The position numbers and the translations under genes are program-made. A stretch of 64,000 nucleotides of DNA from Geosiphon pyriformis uo1 (lineage: Eukaryota; Fungi; Glomeromycota): positions 1-64,000 of the forward strand of contig JAAOMT010000480.1 of the NCBI GenBank assembly GCA_016748015.1. Reading direction: 5' to 3'. A model generated the notes under the pieces. That model saw only the letters and a program-made list of their open reading frames with translations. It was not told the origin of the DNA and ran no database searches. Shown piece after piece: positions 38,701 to 49,371 of the stretch (the stretch's first letter is position 1; each line of letters opens with the position of its first letter).

Positions 38701-39031
38701 GGTTAAAAACATAAAAGAAGTTTTTTTTTGGTTGGCTTGCACTTTTATCCTTTGGAGATGTACTTACTAGTTTAAAGACTAATAAATAGTAACTTCAATT
38801 AAGGAATTCTTTTCAAAAAAATTGATATTGGCATAATTAGATCTTTGATTGGAAACATTATTATTAATAATTCTGTTGTTTTAATTGTCATTGTTTTTAG
38901 AAACTGAAAAAAACAGAGAAGAATTGTTGCAATCTTTGGAAAAATATTCAGTTATTTCACAATAATAATACACAGGTGGGCTATGATTTTGTTGTTTTTG
39001 ATAAAGAAGTTGCTGGAGCTAATTAAAATAG

Positions 39032-39697
39032 TGTTATGGTTGAAACCCATAATTTTTATTAGTTATCACATGTATTAGCCACTGATGTTATATAATTAGC
39101 CACTCTATTTTTAGATAGTGATCAATGACCTGATCATTGACCTGATCATTAATCTGATCATTGACCTAGTCATTGACTACTTTCATTAGTTATATAAGCG
39201 ATGAGTCTCTTAGCTGTAGAAAATCATCTCTCAGACAAGAATCAAATAAATAAAAATAACAACTTTCATCTCAATCACTTTTTTATCGTTAATTTCCCTT
39301 TCCTTATCTTCAAGTATTCGAATATTTTAGGATAAAAGATTACTTGTTGGTCTTTTCCTGACATATATAATTGTAGCATTTGAAGATTATTTAAATAAAC
39401 GTGACTGAAAAGCACAAGTTGATATCTGATATTGAATTCTAAAAGTGCCGACATGAGGCATAGAATTATACCAGTGGTGATCAATTGTTAACAGTATAAA
39501 CTATCCCTCTACCTTCAGATTTCCCAGTTATCTTTGAAAAGAATAGCAACTAAGATATTTTATAAGACTGATCTCACATATTGAATCCATACTCATTCAA
39601 TTCACTCTTTGAAGTTGAATCCCCTTTGATTATTTCCATCACCCTACAATCTTGTTCTCTCTTGCTATCCATTAGCTTGTTACTCCAACCTGTAACA
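39032..39697 (+). repeat. A1 5' LTR
   Basis: TGTTA...TAACA termini, 12-bp tandem repeats at 39120-39180, TATA-like TATATAAG at 39191. Confidence 0.95.
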
Positions 39698-39703
39698 TAA
39701 AAG

Positions 39704-39720
39704 TGGTGCTCCCTGTGAGG
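39704..39720 (+). promoter_or_regulatory. Primer-binding site, probably elongator tRNA-Met
   Basis: TGGTGCTCCCTGTGAGG is the complement of CCTCACAGGGAGCACCA, which resembles eukaryotic elongator tRNA-Met 3' ends. The same PBS occurs in family B (55293-55308, minus strand). Confidence 0.8.
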
Positions 39721-39749
39721 TTGTCAAAATTCACTTATTCCCTTATTGT

Positions 39750-41306
39750 ATGGATGATTACTCACATCTGCCACAGCAATCAGAAGAACACTTTGCAGCA
39801 CACAACAGAAACAACTTAGATTTCATTGAACTTAATTTTCTGCCCTCCTGCTTGATCTGCTTTTCCCTTGAAAAACAATCTAGTTGACAATTCTAAGACT
39901 TTTGGAACTGGTTCTTGAACAAGCATTCAGCTGAAACCTATACAGCTTATACAACCTATTACTTTGACCAAGCTTATTTTGAAAATGACTTTGAAGAAAG
40001 AAACAACAGTATCAATCAGCTCTTATATTCTGCAACCTTTGAACAACAGCCCTCTGATTTCGAATATCTGAATCATCAAATTCACATTTGGATTGCTGCC
40101 CATCAAACAACTGAAACTCCCTTTGAAACAGAAGAAGAAAGCTATCAAACTGTCTCTGTTTTTGATCTTTTATTAAGCAAATTAGACTCGTCTACACAAA
40201 CAGTTACCCCTGAACCAATGGCTAATGACCCCATGCAAACAAACATTCTGGCCGCCCTCCAAGGTATACAAATTGCTCTAGGAAGAAGAAACAATACCCC
40301 ACTACCACTATTTAGAGGTGATGCACAAGATCCAATTGAATGGTTGGATGATTTTGAGAAAGCTGCCACAGCCAACCAGTATGATAAAGAATACAAGTTC
40401 CAAATTGTTGGTGGTTATCTCCAAGGCTTTTCTGCTATCTGGTTTTCACAAGAAACAGATGCCAATGCTCAACACAAAATAATCAGATGGACACCAATCA
40501 ATGCTAGAGAAGAAAATACCTCTTTTACTACCCAATTTGAGGCCAAGTTCAGAACCCCAATATTAATATCCAAATGGCGCATGGAATTGAAAAGAAGAAC
40601 CCAAGGCCCTGGAGAAGTAGTGACTAAATATGCTAAAGCTATTAGAAAGCTAATCAAATGTGTAGACTCTGGGAGAAACTGGACAGAAGAACAAAAGATT
40701 CATTCCTTCACAAAAAGATTGAGAACTGATTTATCTTATGCTCTTTGGCCTCTCTTGGCCCTAAAAGACAACCCTACAATGGACATGGCCATTGAACTTG
40801 CCCAACGAATTGAAGATAACCAAAGAATACATTTGGGATCTACACTTCCAGTTTTTGCTCCTGCTCCTGTCATGGCTCCTGCCCCTCAAATGGCTGCTGC
40901 TTCTTTTGCTGCCCAAACTCAAGATCCAAATGAACAATTAATTAATAAACTCACAGCCAATTTTGCCTGGTTATTAAAACCTTTGGCACAAGCAGTCAAA
41001 GATAACCAGCAACCACCAAGACTTAGATACAAACCTTGTTTTAACCAACCCCAGCAATCTCCCTATCAAAGACAGCAAAATTGTGGCCCACCTGTGTGCT
41101 ATTATTGTGGATTAACTGGACATTATTCAAGAGATTGTAACAATCCTTCACTGCCTTCTCTAGCTTTCAGAAACAATGACAACCAAAACAACAGACCCAA
41201 TAACAACAACAATGTCCCCAATTAAAGACCCAATCATGTCAACATCAATTTCTTTGGAGAGGATCTCCTAGTTGAAGCCACTGTTTATTAGCCTTTAAAC
41301 TGGTAG
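39750..41306 (+). pseudogene. gag: A1 gag (N-terminal HHCC-like domain, capsid, CCHC knuckle)
   Basis: ORF 39915-41225 contains DPIEWLDDFEKAA and CYYCGLTGHYSRDC. The TAA at 41223 is CAA in the copy near 6750, so the true stop is probably TAG 41304-41306. Confidence 0.9.
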
Positions 41307-41342
41307 GCGCACCTCCAAAGGGTGAGAGTGCAAGCCAACCAG
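41294..41342 (+). promoter_or_regulatory. Putative -1 programmed ribosomal frameshift signal
   Basis: T TTA AAC in the gag frame, with pol in the -1 frame. CTGGTAGGC pairs with GCCAACCAG and inner GCAC pairs with GTGC. Confidence 0.8.
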
Positions 41343-44300
41343 AAGAAAACCCCTTTTACACTTTTAACTTAACTGATGATGACCATGACATAGATGAACT
41401 AGCAATCAACCCCTCTGAATCCACAAGAAAGAAGAAAAAAGCCAAAGTTGATTTCGTTTTAGACCCCAATAAAGCTTCTACATCAACTGCTGACAACAAT
41501 AAGCCCCCAAAAGCCAAAGTTTTCAAGAACTCTTCAAAGTTAAAACCCCCAGAAATAGTACAAAAATCCGGCTCCTATTCTGTTGTCAAAAACCTCATGG
41601 AAACTCCAGCACATATAACCTTTGGCCAATTGATGACCCATCCACAATTCAGAAAAGATCTTTGCAAATCTCTGATTCCAAAAAAAAAGATACCCAAAAC
41701 CAACAAACGCTCTTGCCAAGCTGGACTTGCTGACAATAGCAATGTCACTCCTCTAATTTGCAAAGCCCAAGTGGCTGGCTACTTTATCGATTTGATCCTA
41801 GACAGTGGATTATCTGTTAGTGTTATTGTTAAACACTTTCTTGAAGCAATTGGCAGAAAAATTGATAAACCATCCACATGACCAATGACCAATGTGCATA
41901 GTAATAAGAAGAAAGGGCTTGGCATAGCCAAAGCTATTCCTGTCCGCATCAATGGCATCAGCATTGAAACTGATATGGAAGTATCTAAAGTGAAAGAATA
42001 CATCATCATTGTTGGCAATAAATGACTTAAGAAAGCAAAAGCTTTGCTTGATTATGAACTCTGTAAACTAACCATCAGATGTGGTGAGAAACCCATTGTG
42101 GTTAAATGTCGCCATTGGACAACTCCCCCAGTACCCAAACAGAGCCCAGAAGAAAATGAATCAGACGAATCAGATGATAAAGAAAGTGAGAAAGAAGAAG
42201 AACAAGAAAAACAAAAAGAAACTGCTGAACTCGCCTATACCATCTTCATCAGCAATAGCAAACCACTGGATAATGTCAAGGCAGATAAAAAAAAAATCAT
42301 TGTCAATGGCAAGCTGATCTGCTGGCCTTATTATGACATGCTCAGAAGAACCTTTAACAGAAAGCCAGGCAAGAAAGCCAAATACAGTTATTGGTGGCAT
42401 GATCCTTGTGCCTGGTGCTGGTGTGACAAACCATTGTATTCTCCTAGTGATAAATACATATCCTGCTTGATCTATTACAAAGATTGGGAACCAATCAGCT
42501 TGATACCCCATAAGGAAATAAAAGAAGTCCAAAAGTTCTTTGAAAATGAACCACCTGAAATCCAATCACTGGTTGTAGAACAAAAAAAACTCTCTCTAGA
42601 AGAAAGAAAGATAGACATTGAAAACCTGCTGGCTAAAAACAGCCCAGTTATCTCAAAAGAAGGTGAACCTCCTGGATGTACACATGTAATACAACACACC
42701 ATCATCACCAGAGAAACTTGTCCCATCCATTTGAAGCCCTATCAATCCAACTGGCACAATGATGAGTTTATCAAAAAGAAAATAACCCGAATAAAAAACC
42801 TTGGATTCATATAGGAAACCAAGAGTGAATGGACATTCCCGGTTGTAGTGGTATCCAAGAAAGAAGGAACTCTACACTTTTGTATTGACTATTGCCAATT
42901 AAATGCCATTACTGAAAGAGACATGTACCCACTTCCCAAGATTGATGCAATGCTAGACCAATTCCATGGTGCTGCTTTCTTCTCAACCATTGACTTGACT
43001 ACTGGATTCTGGCAAGTAGAGATGGATCCAGAAAGCAGAAAGAAAACTGCCTTCATCACCAAGTATGATATCTACAAATTCACAGTTATGCCTTTTGGTC
43101 TCATAAATGCTCTTTCCACCTTTTAATGCTTAATGGACAAAGTATTTGAATCAGTAAAAGAAAACTTTGTTCTAGTCTACTTGAATGACATAATGATATA
43201 CTCAAAAACCTGGGATGAACACCTTGAACATTTGTAAAAGGTTTTTGACCTTCTTAGAAATGCTGGTCTCAAGATCAATCCAATCAAATCATTCTTTGGA
43301 CGTCAATCCACCCAGTTCCTTGGCCATTTTATTACAAAAGATGGAATCTTCCCTGATCTAGCCAAAATTGAAAAAGTTCAAAACATTAGACAACCAATGA
43401 ATGTTCATGAACTATGCTCTTTTCTTGGTTTGGTCTCTTATTATCACAAGTTTGTCAAGGATTTCTCTAAAATCACCACTCCTCTCAATCAGCTACTTAG
43501 GAAAAACATCAATTATTACTGGGGCACTCATCAACAAAAAACATTTGAAATTTTGAAGGAAAAACTGGTTACAGAACCCATCCTCATGCAATCTAATCTG
43601 GATCGATCTTTTATTTTCCATACTGATGCATCTGGCTATGGACTTGGTGCTGTTCTTTCCCAGAAAAATAAAGATGGCAAAGAACATGCTGTAGCATATG
43701 CCAGTAAAACTCTCACACCAGCAAAAAGAAATTACTCAGTCACTGAGCAAGAATGCTTAGCAGTAGTTTGGGCTACCAGCTACTGGGACAAATATCTTAA
43801 GGGTGTGAAATTTTTGGTGGTAACAGATCACCAAGCTTTGGTTTGGCTACACAACAAAAGAAACCTGGAACATAAATAGATAACTTGCTGGATACTCCAC
43901 TTGGATGAATTTGACTATGAAATTCAACACTGCAAAGGAGCTAATCATCAAAACGCCGACGCTCTCTCCAGACTTACCATCCAGTGATAGTAAAACCCTC
44001 TCAAACCAAACCAACTTAATTATTTGTAACTCCTCTACAAACAAACACGATAATGGACTTGGACAACTACTCTGCCTTAATAGAATTTTTGGGTAAAGGA
44101 CAATACCCACCAAAATACACATAACAACAAAGAGAACATTTGCGCAAACAATAAAATTTCTATTTGATTTGTCAGAACCAACTTTATAAAAGAAATAAAA
44201 AAGATTCTGACTGCCCCCAGAGAGTCATCAGATTTGAAGAAAGAGAAATTGTGATCTACAATATGCACACTGATCTATTAGCTAGACACTTTGGAAAAAC

Positions 44301-45366
44301 AAAAACAATTCAGAAAACTCTAGCTTGTTATTATTGGCCTATCTTGGAAAAAAACATTGCTAAATACATCAAAATCTGTGATATCTGCCAAAGAAGAAAA
44401 AAACCCAATCACAAAGAAGATATCCATCCAATCTCTGTTGGTCAACCTTTTGATAGAATTGGTATAGATGTTGTTGGACCTTTAACAATAACTTCTAATG
44501 GCAACAGATACATTATCACAGCTACCGACTATCTTACAAAGTGGGTAGAAACAAGAGCCACTCTAGACCAAACAGCAGCCTCAATAGCCAATTTCATTTA
44601 TGAAGATATCATTTGTCACTACGGCTGCCCCAAAGAACTTTTATCTGATAGAGAAAGAGCTTTTCTTAGTACACTGGTTGAAAAACTTTGCAGAAAAATG
44701 GGAATACGTCACAAACTTTCCTCTCCTTATTACCCCCAAACAAATAACCTAGTAGAATGTTTTAATAGAACACTATGTGAAACCCTAGCCAAAACCAGTG
44801 AAGAAACCAACTTATGGGACAAAGTATTGTCTTTAGCTTTGTTTGCCTACAGAACTGTGAATTATGACATAACAAGTTATGAACCTTTTTATCTGCTTTA
44901 TGGACGAATGGCAACTCTACCAATAGAAATGAATATAGAAACAATACCTTTTGAAGAAATAACAATAGAAGATTATAAGAACATTTTGCAAAGAAGACTT
45001 GGTATCATTTTTGACTCATTGGTAGAAGCACAGATAATTGCCTTTAAAAAAATAAAACAATTCTAAGAAAAGCTTAAGAAAAAGAAAACATATAAAACAC
45101 TTTCTTTAAGTATTAGTGACTTAGTTTTAAAATATTATTCAGACAGAGACAATGTCTATGGTAATAAATTCTCTAGCCGGTGGAAAGAACTCTTTATAGT
45201 CAACAAAGTTTTGAACAATGGTTCTTATATCTTATAAGATCAATATGAAACAATCTTTAATAATCGCCCTGTTTATAGCACACAACTCAAAAAATATCAC
45301 AAACGACCTAATTGGTTACCTGTTGTGGTAATACCAACCCAAATAATCAGCAAAAATTAGATATAA
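41300..45366 (+). pseudogene. pol: A1 pol: aspartic protease, Cys-rich spacer, RT, RNase H, integrase (several nonsense changes)
   Basis: Motifs LILDSG; FCIDY...MPFGL...YLND (from YLDD); HTDASGYGLGAVL...TDHQAL; HHCC; GIDVVGPL...SDR...PQTN; C-terminal GPF/Y-type module. Confidence 0.93.
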
Positions 45367-45407
45367 ATAAATGCACTATTCCCAAAACAGAAATATCTTC
45401 AATCGAC

Positions 45408-46063
45408 ATGAACAATTATTTCCTGGATTAAAACATTCAAAACGCTTTCTATACTTTCCATGAGTATTGGATCAAGAACTATCCAAATGCTACTCTAACT
45501 ATCGGAAAACAAACCACCATAACAGACAACAGTAGAACTCACACTGTTATCAGACCAAAGAAAACAACTACCAGAAGAGAAAGAATTGGTGGCAAAATAG
45601 ATAAATACCTGCTGGAAAGCATAACAGCAGTGATACTTTTACCTTCTAGCACAATTGGAAAAATGATACAAGAAATCTTGCCCATAGACAAAAACTTGTC
45701 ATATGGAAGACAACTAGAACTCTATGGTTGTCTTGATGAAATCATAGAAGACATGAAGTTCATAAAGAAAACAACTTCAGAGATACAAGTGAAAATTTTG
45801 GGCATTATACGATTAGATGTTCCAAGAATTTTAATCATTGCTAAAAGAGCCAAACTCTTATACAAAGATTTGGTCTCTTGAATACAAAGCTTATTTTGCC
45901 TCAAGTACTATATACTCTATCCACAAAAGACTTCAACAAACTAGTTAGTTTTGAGTTAGACAAAACCCTTCAATTAGAATACCCTATAAATAGCTTGATT
46001 TCACCAGAGCTCAATCTCTTTGGAGAGGATGATATTACAGTTGAAACCCATAATTTTTATTAG
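45408..46063 (+). pseudogene. A1 accessory ORF3 (stops plus one frameshift), terminating inside the 3' LTR
   Basis: ATG at 45408. ORFs 45630-45881 and 45878-46063 are pieces of it. Homologous to 14174-14829. Confidence 0.8.
46022..46032 (+). promoter_or_regulatory. Polypurine tract of A1
   Basis: GGAGAGGATGA abutting the 3' LTR. Confidence 0.85.
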
Positions 46064-46708
46064 TTATTACATGTATTAGCCACTGATGTCATATAATTAG
46101 CTACTCTATTTTTAGATAGTGATCAATGACCTGATTGTTGACCTGATCATTGACCTGATCATTGACCTAGTCGTTGACCTGGTCATTGATCACTTTCATT
46201 AGCTATATAAGTGATGAGTCTCTTAGCTGTAGAAAATCATCTCTTAGACAAGAATCAAATAAATAAAAATAACAACTTTCATCTCAATCACTCTCTTATC
46301 GCTAATTTCCTTTTCTCTACTTTCAAGTATCTGAACATCTTAGGATAAAAGATTACTTGTTGGCCTTTTCCTGACATATATAATTGTAGTATTTGAAGAT
46401 TATTTGAATAAACGTGACTGAAAAGCACAAGTTGATACCTGATATTGAATTCTAAGAGTGCCCGTGAGGCATAGAATTATACCAGTGGTGATCAATTGTT
46501 GACAGTATAGATTATCCCTCTACCTTCAAATTCCCCAGTTACCTTTAAAAAGAATAGCAACTAAGATATTTTATAAGACTGATCTCGCACATTGAATCCA
46601 TACTCATTCAATTTGCTCTTTGAAGTTGAATTCTCTTTGATTATTTCCATCACCCTACAATTCTGTTCTCCCTTACTATCCATTAGCTTGTTACTCCAAC
46701 CTGTAACA
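46033..46708 (+). repeat. A1 3' LTR
   Basis: Direct repeat of 39032-39697 with one extra 12-bp unit. Confidence 0.95.
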
Positions 46709-49371
46709 ATAGAGTTCAAATTTGGGTCTTTGAGATTATTAATTCTTTCTAACTGCTTGGGCTAAGAGCTCTAATAGCTGGGCAAGATTGGCTGTAAGTT
46801 TATCTATTAATTGTTTATTAAAATATAAAGTCTGGACAGCAAAAGAAGTAGCAACTATTTAAGAAGCAGAAGCCATAACAGAAACAGAAACAAAAACTAA
46901 AAGTGTAAATTTTAAGTGCATTCTTTGGTTGTTTTTAATTTATTGGACAAATTCAATAGTAATATTCATTATAAAATTGTCTTTTAAAGCCAAAAGAAAC
47001 CAAAGAGCATATAAAAAATTAGTTCTTAATCTTTTTGTAAAGGAGTAAATTTTCTGCTCTTTTGTCTAGTTTCTTCTAGAGTTTACTTGTTTGATTAATT
47101 TTCTAATGGCTTTGGCATATTTAATCACAATTTCACCAGAACTTTGGGTTTTTTTTTTAATTCTATACACTATTTAGATATTAAGATAGAAGTTCTAAAT
47201 TTTGTTTCAAACCAGGTAATAAAAGAGGTGTTGTTTTTTTCAGTATTTGCTAGTGTCTATCTAATAATTTTTTGCTGAGCATTGGCATTGGTTTTTTGTA
47301 AAAACCAAGTAGCAAAAGAGTTTTAAAGGTAGCCACCAATGATTTAGAACTTGTATTCATTATCATATTGATTGGCTGTAGCAGCTTTTTTAAAGTCATT
47401 CAACTATTTAATTAAATTTTGTATATTGCCTTTGAATAATAATAATAGGGTGTTGTTTCTTCACTTTAGAGTAGTTTGTATACCCTAAAAAGCAGCCAGA
47501 ATATTTTGTTGTATAGGGTCATTAGCTATTGGTTCAAGAGTAGCTGTTTGTGTAGAGTGTTCTGATTTACTTGAAAAAAGATTAAAAACAGAGGTGGTTT
47601 GATAACTTTTTTTTTCTGTTTCAAAAAAAGTTTTAGCTAATTGGTGAACAGTAATCCAGATGTGAATTTGGTAATTCAGATATTCGAAATCAAGAGACTG
47701 TTGTTTAAAGATTGTGGAATATAAAAGCTAATTAATGCTGTTGTTTTTTTCTTCAAAGTTGTTTTCAAGATAAACTTGGTCAAAGTAATAAGTTGTATAG
47801 ACTGTGTAAATTTCAGCTGAATGCTCATTTAAAAACCAGTTCCAAAAGTCTTAGAATTGTCTACTAAATTGTTTTTCAATAGGGAACAAATTAAGCAGAA
47901 GGGCAAAAAATTAAGTTCAATAAAGTTTAGATCATTTTTGTTGTGTGCTTTAAAGTATTCTTTTGTTTATTATGACAGATATAAATAATCACCCATACAA
48001 TAGAAAACAAAGTAGATTTTAACAACTTTACAGAAAGCACCACTTTTATGTTATGGATTGGAGTAACAAGCTAATAGATAACAAAAAAGAACAGAATTGT
48101 AAGGTGATGGAAATAATCAAAGAAAAAATTACAATAAAGAAGTGAATTGAATAAATAAAGATTTAATGTGTATAATTAGTTTCATAAAAATCACAGTTGT
48201 AAATCTTTTTTGGAAATCTGAAAATAGAAAAATAGTCCATAATTATCAACAAGATAATACTACTGCTATTATTTTATGTCTTAATTTAACAATTTATAGA
48301 ATCAATAACAGATATTATTGTGCTTTTTAATCATTTCTTTATTTAATGAATTACAAGAACAAGCAGTTGCTTTTCAGACTAATTTTAACAATACAAATCA
48401 AGAAAGAGAAAAGATAAGATATGTAAATGCCAACAAGTAATTTTTTATCCCAAAATGTTTAGATACTTGAAGATAAAAAAAAAGGAATAAATAATATGAA
48501 AAGAAGTAATTAATAGTGGGTTTTATTTTATTACTTTAATCATGTCTTTCTATAATTAAGAAACTTATTGCTTATATAGCTATTAAAAGTGATCAACAAC
48601 CAAGTCAACAGTTAGGTTATTAATCAGATCAATGATTACTATCTAAAAATAGAGTGGCTAATTATATAATATTAGTGGCTAATACATGTAATAAACCAAT
48701 AAAAAATATGAGTTTTAACTATAACAATATGGTAATGATAATTCTAAATTTTTGACTTAATTCTGTCAATATTCTGTTTACAAAATAAGTTTTTTGGTCT
48801 AATAATAATTTTTTTAGACATTTATGTTGACAAATTAAATCTTGGTGAATAAATTTGGCTATGAATTTTACATCTACTTTTTGAATTGCTTTTGCTTTTG
48901 GCCATTTTGTAAGATAGTTTATGACTACTACTATATATTAATTGTCTCTGCTGGTTATTATTAATAGTCTAACTAAGTCAATTCCAATTTGATCAAATAG
49001 TTGTTTTACTTTAATTGGTCTTAATGGTTTGCTGAATCTTGTTTCTTTTTTTCTTTAACAAGTATCACAATTTTGAAAATATTAGATAATGTTTAGATAT
49101 ATAAACAGCCAATAATATCTTTTTTTGGTTTTTTCTATGGTTGTTTTTTTATAAAAATATCTTGCTGTCAGGTCTAAATATATGTTGAACAGTATTGTTT
49201 CTTTTTCTGGTTTTGTAATTACTTTAAGTGACTGATCTGGATCTTTTCTGTTTTTCTGATATAGTATATTTTAATAAGTGATAAAGTATTTTGATTATTG
49301 TTTTATGTTGTTTTGTTTTTTTTGAAATAATTTCTTAATATAATATTAGAGTTGTTGATATTTTTGTATGT

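Larger units (their letters stand above)
39032..46708 (+). mobile_element. Family A element A1, full-length and least decayed Ty3/Gypsy LTR retrotransposon (7.7 kb)
   Basis: Paired LTRs, TSD ATAG, PBS, PPT, order gag-PR-RT-RNaseH-IN, plus ORF3. No chromodomain visible. Confidence 0.97.
33472..48726 (-). mobile_element. Family A element A2, near full-length, interrupted by A1
   Basis: LTRs at 33472-34147 and 48049-48726, TSD ATAT. RT YLDN relic in ORF 36866-37156, ORF3 at ~34118-34761. Gag is continuous across 39031/46713. Confidence 0.92.

Noticed and set aside
39120-39180. CRISPR-like array
   Set aside because: Contiguous 12-bp tandem units without spacers inside LTRs, and no cas genes.
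45240-45366. Chromodomain at the integrase C-terminus
   Set aside because: Pol ends shortly after the GPF/Y-type module, with no chromodomain motif visible.
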